Shown: piece by piece, positions 48,682-60,315 of the stretch
Numbering within the stretch: the first letter of the stretch is position 1
Layout: every line of letters starts with the position of its first letter
NCBI GenBank assembly: GCA_001949185.1
Contig: BDGG01000004.1
Span: forward strand, 149,620 to 213,619
Reading direction: 5' to 3'
Length of the DNA: 64,000 nt
From: Ramazzottius varieornatus
Lineage: Eukaryota > Animalia > Tardigrada
Program-made: the position numbers and the translations under genes
The notes under the pieces: model-generated
Databases searched by the model: none
What the model saw: the letters and a program-made list of their open reading frames with translations, nothing else
Told to the model about the DNA's origin: nothing

Positions 48682-51603
48682 AGTTTTTTTCTTGGGGATT
48701 TAATTGCTATAATAAATATGACAAACTTTAGCTCTTCGGCCCAGTATCCAGCACATACGTACAGCAGTTCAGCCTTAAATGTTGGTTTTTACTTGTAGCA
48801 AGAATCACCTGCCAGTGCCGCCGTAGCGAAAGGGCCTGGTCCGTGAACTCGAGTTTTGGAAGACCCCGAACTGAAATAACGGATCTGACTTCCGCTCCTG
48901 CCGCATTGACCAAAAGCCAGATCAAAGGTGGCTTTGTCACTCAGCTACCAACGTAAAGTTTAAAGTTCTCCACATTCGGGAAGCGCGCATTCCTTCTCAC
49001 ACCTCGCTTGCTCGAGAACCTCGGATATTAACTCTGTTGGTCTGCTTCTGTCGTGGTTGCTGTGACACTTTGGAGTATAACCTGGGTAAATATGGCGGAA
49101 CTTTAACGACTCCATTTCAGTTCTGATTTCAGTTCCCGTTCCGGAACTGGAACTGGAATAGGAACTGAAATCCCAAACAGGAACTGATACAACACTGCAA
49201 AACTCACAAGACGGTCACAAGATCAAGCGTTCCATCCCACAAGGGGTCCGTTGGCGAGCATGCTATTCAGCCTAATATGTCCCAACATTTGCGGTGTCTT
49301 TCGGTTTGATAGTTTTGCCGGTGGGCTTCTACATTTCGAAGACAATGACTCCAGCGTGTGCGTGGGACTTCTGTGGGGAGATCATTTTCTCGCGTTATTG
49401 CAGGCTCAAACAGCGACTTTCTCTCTGCGCTTTCCACTGTTCTTCAGTAAGCTCGTAATTATGGGAAACGCATCTTTTTTCTTTTTCTTTTCGTCTGGAC
49501 GCAGACGTGTGCCCACTCGGATCTCAGCTTCGCACCCTGTACGCCGTCTTTGCGTAAACATGCGCTCTCCCGTATACATGCGCTTTCCCGCACGTACCCC
49601 TTATACTGAACACGTTCGAAATTAACTTTGCGATACTTCAACTCGTCTGTATGCTTGTGACTGTGGAAAAGGAACTAGTCCCATCTGGCCTGCTCTCTCG
49701 ATGCTGTAGTCATACCGACCATCAGCAGCTCAGGATTTGCAGCGAACAGTATCCTCATCTCTGATGTGAGAACCGTAGTATACCAGGATGTTCGTCAGTA
49801 ATGTGAACATGGCTCGATCTGAAAACAAATCTTCCTGTGACATTGTTGAACGTGATCTCAGGTACACGTAGTTTACCTATGGTTTAATCCAAGATCGTCG
49901 CGGGACTCAGTTCTCCAGCTCAGATCCAAGAAGAGACTCTGCTCTATCGTGTTCCCGGGATAGTTTGGCTAGCAAGGGGTGTTTGACAGGCATAATCCCG
50001 TTGTTAGACGTATAAAAAGTTGAGCCTCCAAATTGGCTCCAATGCTTAATGGGCCTAGCGTTGTACGTGAAAAATTCATTAATAAAGACTCTGCTGTATG
50101 GAGGCGTACGGTACGTCCGACTCCGGTAGATACAGCCTTGCTATGTGACTTGATTGGTGTCGATAGCTCCATCAGAAGAAACATCCGTTTTCTTCGATGA
50201 CTGAGGTGACCAGTCATCGAAGAGATAAAGCGATGTTTTTACTACATTCTGCCTGTTTAGACTGTCCCGTAAACCCGTCACGTTAGTTGGGAGCAGGAGT
50301 CAAAAATTACCCTTACTTCCTTGTGCCTGCAGTCGAAGCTTACCAGTTGATTGATTAACATGTTACCACGTATGTCACGTGATTGGAAAGCTCAAAGTGC
50401 CGTCCACGTGATGACTTTTGAATTTTACGATTTGGCCGACAGGATCAGGGGAAATGGGGAAATAAAGGAAGACAATGGGGCAGCCATGACTAACGACCGT
50501 GACTGTAGCTCCGACATCCGCCTGCAAGTCGGCGTCGGCGGCCTTTGTGCCTACCTCAAGCGGCATGATCTGACTATCTGCTGTCGAGTTTATCAAACAT
50601 CGCCCGAAGATCCTACGCCAAGTACGCTTCTTTCCTTACACATGACCATGCAATCAAGTCTCAAGTTCAAGACTTTGCCTTGTAAGAAAAACTGGTTAAA
50701 GTTTGGGGAGATGAACAATAGTAATATTCTTTAGTTCCGCAATATGTCACACGAGCTTTTCTACAAGTGAAAGCGAGCTGGTAGTAGGGTTCCGTGTGGC
50801 AAACGTGTTTGTCATCCCAGTATCAAGCGACGACTTGCAATGCGTGCGTCTGTGTCATTTTTCTACGTTTGCTCCACTCTGCGAATATGAAATCGAACAC
50901 TCACTGCATACATTCTTCATAGCCGCTCCGTGACATACTGTGGAAGTGACATACTGTGGAAGTAACGATTATTACTGTAGAGTGTTCTCACTACAGTCCA
51001 CTCGCTCGAGATGTGTACACCGCTCTTCAATTTCAAAATTCCAAAACCACCGTAATCACAGGAGCGTTCGCCATAAACATGCTTGGTTGTCTGTTCATTC
51101 ACGCAGCGAATGCACATGGTGGAAACCAGATAGTTGATTTTCATGCTGATTGATTTTTGTGCGATGTTGACGTCACTTTCTCCCGTTTCTGGTAACCTGT
51201 ACGGTAAATGTTTGACTGGTGGCAAATAGAAATTGAAGAGCGATGTACACAACTCGAGCGAGTGGACTGTATTGCTGAAATGCGTGTTACTGGACTGAAA
51301 AGAACTGCGCATCTACATAGCTCTCTTGAGTTCCTTCACGGTTACCGTTGTCGACGATACGGTGGACCGATATGCTGAAACACGATTTTTGGTAATGGCA
51401 AAAATATCCGCTTTCGGACAGAAGAACTTTGTCATAAAGATATGGCACAGCGAAAGCATTCATGCTCACGGCAAATATTAAGCAGAATGTCGGTCACACG
51501 GTAGTTCTGTGGTATTATTGTACGTACCGTTTGGTCTTGCCGCTCTGGACGGAACAACCTTCAAGATAGCACAGTCTTCTGGCTGTCAGTGCTTGCCATC
51601 AGC

Positions 51604-52548
51604 ATGCTCGCCGCACGGATGATAATGTTTCCTTTTCTGATCCTGAACTCAAGCTTCTTTCTGATGTCCAAGGTGTCGAGCGCGGGTTACGGATCAGCCG
51701 CTACGCCGCCACCAGCCACAGGGGGAACTACATTTCCCACAAGCAACAACGGATGCCTCCCGATTGCCTTGCCGAATGGCACCGTTACCGGCGACCCGAT
51801 CAAGGTATATCTCGAACCCGCAAACTGCTTACGACACGCGTCACCCCTTTTTTTATAGAGTGTTGGAAAGTTTTTCGAATATCGAAGCCGTGTTGCGTTC
51901 CAGCAGAGCTACAATGCCGGGTTTACCAACGCTCTAGTCGGAGACGGCCTGGTCTACGAACCGGGAACAACCAGTAAGGCTGTACACTTCACCCAGAAAT
52001 ACATTTATGTGAACCAGGTGAACGGAGCATTCCAGTGTCATGGTGGACCCAGCAATATCATCGCTCGATACGACGGTGTCAGTTCTTATCTGTACTTCGA
52101 TGTGGATTCTGCGCCAAATGTTCCCAGTAAGGTTATTTGACAGCCCGGACAGACCTTTGACTAAAAAGGAATATATTACACATCCTCGTTTCTTTTTGTT
52201 GTAGTCCCTTCAATATACTTTTACTTGTACGATGACCAGTCCGCGCAAGAATTCAACATTCAGTACACCTGTGACAAGCGCAACGAAATCTCCGGCAAAT
52301 GCGACGTACCGGAAATATATGTCAACACGCGAGAAGACCCTAGTCAGATGTCTGCCGACCGAATGAGTGCCATTGACGCCATTATTGATCGCGTTCTGAA
52401 ACCGTACTGTCTCAGCAAGAATGATTTACAACTTGTCAAACATGACAGTAGAGTCATCTCGGACTGTCCGCAAGACCAAGTGCAGCAAGCCTTCAGCGGT
52501 CTGGTTGTCGCATTCAAGACCTATGTTCCCAAAAGAACCTTGGCCTAA
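51604..52548 (+). CDS. Secreted Cys-containing protein, lipocalin-like
   Basis: Exons 51604-51804, 51904-52126, 52205-52548 are phase-consistent. Signal peptide, T/P-rich linker, C-terminal YTC..N..SGKCDVPEIYVNTREDP...LKPYC. Fold assignment is inference. Confidence 0.75.
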
Positions 52549-52747
52549 ATAAGACCGGGTTGCTCTGTCGACAAATCTAGAAGCCGTACTACAACTTGAT
52601 TTATGAACATGATGTTTCGAAGAAGTTTTCGGCTTTTCCGTAGCGATCTTAACGTGCCCAGTAAGAATAGACTGTTGCCCACAGATGGCGGAGTTCGTGT
52701 TACATTTTTGAGAATGTTTTGTTTCTTAGCTAAATTTCGCTTGCAGT

Positions 52748-53640
52748 CTCCGCGGTATATTTCCCTCTGTACGATGATCAATCAGCACAAGGATTCCATA
52801 TTCAGTACACGCGCGAAGGGAAAGTTTGGCGCAGTGAAAAGTTTGGATCAGGCGGAAAATACGGCAAATTTCGATTTTATATGCAAGGAAGAGACAGAAA
52901 CCAACTGTATAACGTAACGTAATAGAGTTCAACCGCAGTGGAAACTACCGTAAACATTGGTACAGTGTACTGTATTAGCTGTTAGTCTTCTGAATGGATC
53001 CCGTAAGTTTGTCGTTTGTTTTCGGGTCCAGGAATCGGCCGGTGTTCATGCTTCCATTTTGGCTAGCTTTTCGAGTATGTCTCAACAGTTTAAAACCAAG
53101 AGGCCCCGACGGTACAGCGAGGAAGATCTGAAAAGAGAGCTTTCTACTGTCGAGAATGGTAGTGGACATCGTGAAGCTGCTCTTCTCTACAACGAAGCCA
53201 GTAAAAGCGTCACGCTTCTAGCCGCTCGCTCCGAAACCCATCGCGTACATACGGCAGTAAGGCCAGTTATGCTGTTTTCTACATGCAGCAAAAAGCACCT
53301 GTCCGTGCCGCTGTAGTGAAACGGCCTGATCCAAACTTTTTACTGCGTCAAACGTTCCCTTCGCGCGTGTATACCTGCGACAAGCGAAACAAATTCTCCG
53401 GCATATGCGAAGCACCTGAAGTGAATATCAACACGCGAAAAGACCCCAGTCAAATGTCTGCTGACCGAATGAACGAGATTGACGCGATCATTGATCGTGT
53501 GCTACAACCGAACGATTTGCAACTTGTCAAGCATGACCGAAGCGTCAAGTCGGATCGCCCCCAAGCCCGAACGTGCAAGAAGCTTCTGATGGTTCGGTCG
53601 CTGCATTCACGACCTACGTCCCTAGAAGAACCACGACTGA
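52748..53640 (+). pseudogene. Partial duplicate of the last exon of the 51604-52548 gene
   Basis: LYDDQSAQGFHIQY|TCDKRNKFSGICEAPEVNINTRKDPSQMSADRMNEIDAIIDRVL; split by a TE and carrying small deletions. Confidence 0.88.
52808..53369 (+). mobile_element. Internally deleted pogo-like element with psq-type HTH remnant
   Basis: ~47-bp TIRs CACGCGCGAAGGGAA.GTTTG.CGCAGT.AAAAGTTTGGATCAGGC, TA TSD; RRYSEEDLKRELSTVENGSGHREAALLYN. Confidence 0.87.
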
Positions 53641-53699
53641 TATGTTCTGATGAGGGACCATTCACACCACGTCACTCGCCGATCACAATATCCATGCTT

Positions 53700-54200
53700 T
53701 TTTTGTGATAGCTGAGGTTCTTAGCTCCTCCCCGGGAGCGGCTGCTATCTTTCTAGCACCAGCTAACCTCAGCAAACGAGGGCTGAAATCAAAGCCGTTC
53801 ACATTCACACAGCCGTCGTGTATGTCTAAAATATTGCTTCTGCCTGAAAACAATAGAACCCTTCTCAAAACATAGTAAGAAACGAATAAGCAGATCTACT
53901 AAAAGCAGTGTTGACGTACTGTACTTTGTACTTACCTTGATACTGCTGTTTCTCATAGAACGTCGTCTTGAGTCCCGAAATTTAAAAAAAAAAACACGAA
54001 GTAACAACTGTCACAGTGAAGACGCAACAGGTACCCCTCACCGCGCGAATCGGATTCTCTGATTGTTTCCTGGCAAGTACCAAATTCGCATGCCGAATGG
54101 ATGCTAATAACGATTCGAATTTTTATCGGAGTGGTTACAACCGAATTACTGTCGGTACTTGAAGTGATAGGAACACGAGCATCCAATGCTGCTATCAATG
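53700..54200 (-). mobile_element. Possible Mutator-like transposase remnant
   Basis: HSACEFG...ESDSRGEGYLLRLHCDSC resembles the H-x-C...G...C-x2-C N-terminus of animal Mutator-like transposases; no termini found. Confidence 0.3.
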
Positions 54201-54557
54201 GGTCGTACTAAAGAAAGCAATTGCAAGTTTAGAATCAGTAGAATTACATAATGTTTGCAAATTTTGTTGTATGCAGAGATGCATCTTCTATGGTAAAGTA
54301 AGCACTTCACATTCGTATGCGTTACACCCGAGAGGCAGATTTCTAGAAACACGCTTCATACAACCGGCAAGGCAGTGCGCGAGTACCGCAGCCAGGTATT
54401 TGAACTCTTCCAGTCGATTCAAACAGAGCAAGTGTAAAAAAAAGATTAAAATACTGCTACAACCCGGATTATGATATGCTGGAGTTCGTCTTCTCGCTCA
54501 GACATAACGCGCAAAGTTAGTTATGGCTTACACTGTAAGGAAAAGCAGCGAAACCCA

Positions 54558-55071
54558 CAAGGGGATTACGCCAACCGTTAAATCCTGTTGGTCAAACCGA
54601 CATGACAGGGAGATAGTGGAGAGTCTGGCGCACAGTTTGAGCCATAAAGCTAGTCCAAATATAAATCATGGAGGATCCTGTGGGATCCGGAAGTGAAGGC
54701 TCGAAGTTGCTGCAGTGACGTAAAGCTCCTTGGTTGACAATCTTGATTGTCACGTTTTTCTTTGTCGAGCAGCTGTTGTAGTAACTGAATGGCCTGCCTT
54801 CATTTACTGACGACTGTGCTCTTGGTATACCGTTCCCTGTCGTACGGTCACAACAGCTGACCGACAAAGCAAAACGTGACAATCGAGATTGTCACTCAGA
54901 GAGCTTTACGTCACTGCAACGACTTCGAGCCTTCACTTCCAGATCCCGCAAGTTCCTCCATGATTTATATTTGGACTAGCTTCAGAGCTCAGACTGTGCG
55001 CTAGACTCTGCTCTATCTCCCTTTCAACTCGGTTTGACAGGCAGAATTTAATGGGTGGCGTAATCTCCTTG
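54558..55071. mobile_element. Foldback MITE with ~220-bp arms, Tc4/Tc5-like ends
   Basis: Arms ~54558-54780 and ~54849-55071 are imperfect reverse complements starting CAAGG(G/A)GATTACGCCA; flanks CCA / TCA. Confidence 0.85.
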
Positions 55072-55329
55072 TCAAGATGGCAAAAGACTCATGACCTACG
55101 TACGCAGTTGACCAATGATCTATGACGTTGCCCGGACGGAGCCGCAAACTTTGCAGATCTGCAAGTTTTTTCTGAGACACCGTGGAAATTGCAGATCCGC
55201 AATTTTGGAATTGCGGATCCGCAATTGTAAATTTGTTCCCCCCTAATAGGTCCTTGCGCTGCTGCGCAGTTCCATGCCACATCCACGGAATCGTATGCTC
55301 CGTGATTGTGTTGGCCCAAGTTTTCTTCA

Positions 55330-58300
55330 TTGACATGGCGATGGAATCCAAACTGCATTCGTCGCTCTTCAGTACTGCCAACAAGAAGGACAAGTAGCGG
55401 CCTCACACAGAACTCGTCTTAATTCACTTCGAAGCCGAATTTTATGCCGGTACGGAAGAAAGCTGGGACCGAACTGTGAGTGGTTGCTCCGTAGAAGTAT
55501 CTGCGGTGAGCCGTACTAACAAGGGGTTTTTCCAATCCGCCGCCTCTGATCCTCAAACCGAAATTCCAGGTCGATTGAGAAGAGTTTTTTCTATCGTCTT
55601 AGCCGAAAATCCAGTCATCATTCCGTTCCTGAATTAAACTGGAGGGTTCGGCAGTGATAGTCCATTGAGTGCTGGAGTGCGCCGCGATCACTTAAAAGTT
55701 TCTTCATTGCCACTTTGACTGACTACAAAGCGGTCAGCTGAGCACCCGTGCTGTTGGCTTTGACCGCACCACACGCCAGAATATGCCAGAAACACACAAA
55801 AGCAAGCCGTCCGCAGCACAGTTCACAGTGCGGGCGATCAGCTGATCACTTCGTGGTGCACTTGCTTGAAAGTAAATGTGTTTCCTGCAGCCTGTCCCTG
55901 ACTCAGTTTTCGATCAAGGTTTTGCTGCGCATAGATGCCTGCTCAGACGAAAGAATAACAAACTGTCTCTGCTGCATCAGGACGAAGACCATCCCAAACG
56001 CAGTTAGGCATGCCAACCGACATCATCATATCCAAGCGAAAGCAAATGCTCTTGCATTCAAAGAGACCAACATGTTACCGCTTAATCCCTAGAAAAGATG
56101 TAAGGTTTTCGTCTTGATTTCGTCGTCAAAAATCGACGGACTTCCACCCAGACAGGGTATTGCTTTCCGCTGTACCAAACGCAAGTTGAAAAGGAAGGAA
56201 ATGAAAATTAGTACGGGTAACGAGATATTCAATGTTGATGAATGGAGGTTCAGCAACTTTGAAGCGATGTATTTGTTCCGTATGGACTCTGGCGACCTGG
56301 ACCTTCTTAACAACATCAAGCAAGAACCTGCCAAACCACGTTACTATTCTTCCGACGTCCAAAACAAACTTATTACTTTTCAGGGCAGCTACATACGGAA
56401 AACAATTCTGGTCGAGTTATGTATTAAGAGCTCAAGCTGCTCATCAGGTCGACGAATGTCAGGTATTGGTTTGACTTTCTGTCCTTACCTTACAGATCAA
56501 ACAGAGCAAATATTTATCAATAATTGCTGACGGGACAATAGATCTTTCCAAAGTAGATCAAATGTCCATTACTATTCGGTATCTCCAAGGCTTCAGAATA
56601 AAGGAGTCCTTCATCGAGTCTGTGGATGTGTCCAAAAGTACAACGGGTAAGGAGCGCCAATGCGTTAGTATTCATTCTTAATTGGGCCAGCATGATCTGA
56701 TTTTCATCATTGTCTCTAACTGTAGGGAAGGCACTGGCAGACACAATTATGGAGAGACCCACCTATCACGAACTCGATCCACAAAATCTTCGAGGCCAAG
56801 GTTTCGACGGCGCGGCAAACATACGGGGTCACATCAAAGGAGCTCAAGCTGAGATTGCCAAGGTCCAGCCAAAAGCAATCTACACTCACGGTAGTGATGT
56901 TAGCATATATGAGTATTATATTAAATTAGAACTTATCAGGTGCTTTTTTCATGTAATATATCATATTAACATTTATTGGATGCCTCGGCTGAGGTGGAAT
57001 ATTAATTACAATCAATTTAGATGAAAGCCAGAGCTCGAACATAGTATCAAAAGCAAGCCGCAGGGCGCTCCGTATCAAGATTATTAAAATGCGGATTTTG
57101 GCTTCAGTTTATTACATTAATGCTTGATTTGCGTTCGCAAGAAGCGTGAAACTGTACTCAGTGTGCTGTATGCGAGTAAATCTTGCGCATCAAGCACGTG
57201 CGCGTGTGTTACACTCACGAAAGTTCGGATGTGGTGATGTGATTGAAGGAGCGCGATTTTGCGGGACTGCGATTTCGGGGACTCACCTGCATACCCGCCA
57301 TTCATGCTGTGAAAAATGCGTTGCAGTGCGATGCTGCCATGCGTTTAGGATGACTGTCATCCCAGGATGCCAGCACGGGTTGAAAACCGTCAACTACGTA
57401 CGCTTTCGTCATCCCTTGCCAGGAGATTCCAATAGCGACCATGATCTTCTTCGGCCAGTGTTTCGTGGGTTTTTTTGCGCCACTCTTTGGGGATTTCCAG
57501 AAAATTGTCTGTGTAGTAATACTCCTTTTCGCTATTGCAATCGTCTAGAGTGATCCACGTTTCGTCCATGGTAAGGATTTTCTTTATCTTTTGAGGCCCC
57601 AGGTACTGGATAAAGAGCTTTCCGCGCTCGTACCTTTGCTTTTTCTGCACGTCAGTCAGGTGGTTAACCTTTGTCTTCTTGCGCACCTTCAGACCTAGAT
57701 TCTCATGGACAATCTTGCTTACACTACCCACCGAACATCCTAGTTTACGGGCCAGTTTCCGCTGAGAGTCTGGGATCTTCTTAAGGACGGCCTTCTTCAC
57801 TTTCCGGATGTTGGCTTTGGTACGCACCGACGGAAGAAATTGCGCTGACAGTCGCTTTGGAGGCTTCGTCCATCCGTTTCGCTTCGTTTCTTCGTCTTTG
57901 AGTATCTTGCTGACCGTCTTCCTATGCAGCAAAATCCCGTGCTCCAAAAGTCGATCTGAAATTTTTCTGATGAGATAAACGTTCCGCACCCCAAGCCACT
58001 ACCATAGCCTTCGTTTTAGAACTAGTTTCTGGAGCCATCTCGAAAGTTAACTCAGAAAGTGTTCCTTCATGAAACGCGGGATTGAAAATGGAGTGTGAAA
58101 TCACCTGAGATGGAAGGGAAGCGAGTACAGGGATTTTTTTTACAGTCGAGTTTAGAGTTGGCACCATTTTGCGTGAACGCACTGTAATTCATGACCTTTT
58201 CATTGCTGGATATGGATAAAACTATTGTGCGGGTGAAATTGTTAAGGAAGAAAGTTCTGTTTTCGCGTTGACATGTGGATCGGAAAATGACTGAAATATT

Positions 58301-59400
58301 ATAACATAATATAATAAGAACCCAGCGACACAAGTTTTATATTAACATTAAATTAGATGCTTCGCGGTCGAGGCATGTTGTATCAAGATTATATTAGAAC
58401 TCTGGCAGCACGAGCTTATTAAATTAAGATTATATCAGCTCGCGATACCCTTATGCCAATGTCACTAGCTATGCGCACTCGGTCAACCTTCGGATTAAGA
58501 ACGCGATGGAGGTGGAGTGGATCCAGAAATTCTACGGTGAGGTCAACAAGATCGGGAAGTACTTTAGTACACCGAAGCGCAGCATTTTTCTGCTGGAGAC
58601 ATTCGGCTGCCCAACAGGTACCAACGTACCATCAACCGTCTGCGATACAAGGTGGACTTCTTATGCTGATGTCACGAGCGCTGGTTTCGGTTCCTGTTCT
58701 TATCTGGTCGATGGTCTAGAAGCCCTGGGAAGCATCGGCAACTTTGATCTCGATAGCCGAAACGGCGCAAAGGCAATCTGCGAAATGACGGTAACCTACG
58801 AATTCGTCTTCTGTCTCACAGTGAGTTTGTAAATAATGCAGATAACTTTATGTTCTGAAAAGACAATATCCACCAACTTCTGCTTAAAGTTATCACAACA
58901 ATACCTGCCCACTCTCAAGGAGCTGACCGAAGCCCAGCAAGCCAAAAAACCTTGACTACAGTCAAATGCTGTCCTCCATCGAGACAACCCTTTACTATTT
59001 TGCCGTTCTCATCAATACGGCCACTGAGCCGGACGGGGCTACTGCGAATGTTGCTCCAACTATATCACGGCTACATTACGCCTCCTGCTGCTCTGTTCCG
59101 TCCAATACTGAATTTCTACAACACTGATCTTGGGGAAGTAACTGGTCTTCCAGAAAGGTTCGCGGTTGAACCAAAAAACTGGTGTGCGATGTGGCAAGAA
59201 AGGCCAGTGACCCCAGCACTCAGCTCCGTCGAAGGTGTCATAATAGAAATAGTGGATCAAAATCTGGGCATGCAATTCACTATCATAACCAAAATATTCG
59301 TGATCTACGCTGTGGTACCAATAACATCCGCTAGTGCTGAAACGGGAGAAAATGAAAAACCAACGGTTGAAAGATTTGACTGTCGACATCGTCATCCCAC
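55330..59400 (+). mobile_element. Decayed hAT (ZMYM1/DUF4371-like) transposase
   Basis: Fragments NFEAMYLFRMDSGD...YYSSDVQNKLI; IIADGTIDLSKVDQMSITIRY; LRGQGFDGAANIRG...AIYTH | YAHSVNL; CDTRWTS; VVPITSASAE. Many stops; ends not identified. Confidence 0.8.
56892..58467 (-). mobile_element. Tc1/mariner-superfamily element (deleted transposase) nested in the hAT
   Basis: HTH SQRKLARKLGCS...LGLKVRKK, first catalytic motif ILTMDETWI; short inverted ends TAGTGATGTTAGCATA / TAGTGACATTGGCATA; splits the hAT YTH...YAH motif. Confidence 0.8.
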
Positions 59401-60315
59401 ACAGTGAGATAGCGGAAAAATACGTTTCCGACACGGATTTCGGTGCTTTAGTCCCTCGTCTTCCACCCACTATGATCGTTAATCCGGCCGATATTGAGAT
59501 CGACGAGAGCGAAGACGAACCGGAAGAAAGCGACACTTGGAAAGCGGATTTCGACGGCGACGATATGGATTTCTTCACCGGTGACTAGCTCTTCCTCACC
59601 TAACCTTGTCAATATTTGTGCACTTTCACTTATGCTTACTAATATTGTGTGAATTGTCGACGCAGACTTTTTAACATCGGTTGAGTACGGTAGGCCAAAA
59701 CATTATGCTGTCGGTCGGGATAGTCTCGTACTCTTAGCCTTGATTGTACAATTCTCACTTACTTATTAACCGAAGCTTTTGCCCTTCTTTTCTTGTTGTG
59801 AGTTCCGACTGTGCGAACAATACCGGTGCATCTTGGTAACCATCGATCAAAAATGTTTGACGTGATGATACGGCCTTAAGCTTCTTCTAGCATACTTCGA
59901 CTGGACAGCATCCGGAACCAGCTTCGGATTCTGAAGATCACTTTCTAACGAAAGTGTTGTGGCGCCAGTACAGTTGTGTGGCCCCACTGTGATTCATCAA
60001 TCAAATCAAAATATTTTAATGTTTCGACACCATGACCGTCCCATAAGCAAAAGTTTGATCCATTCGATGTAGGGCGCGTCGGCCCTGGATAGCATGTTCA
60101 TGTATAAGTCTTTGAGGATGTTTGATCATGCTGGACCGCTTCAGGTCACGAGCCCTTTTCCATCTTAATTAACCTTTACAGGACGCGGACAAACCCTAAC
60201 GTGGAAATATATTCTTCGTGGTTGCTACGGTGTCGACGTGCGTTTGACACAGCCCCACTAATGATGACCCGCTGAAGTTTAGCCACGCACGTAGATTGAA
60301 CAGACTACGGAACCA

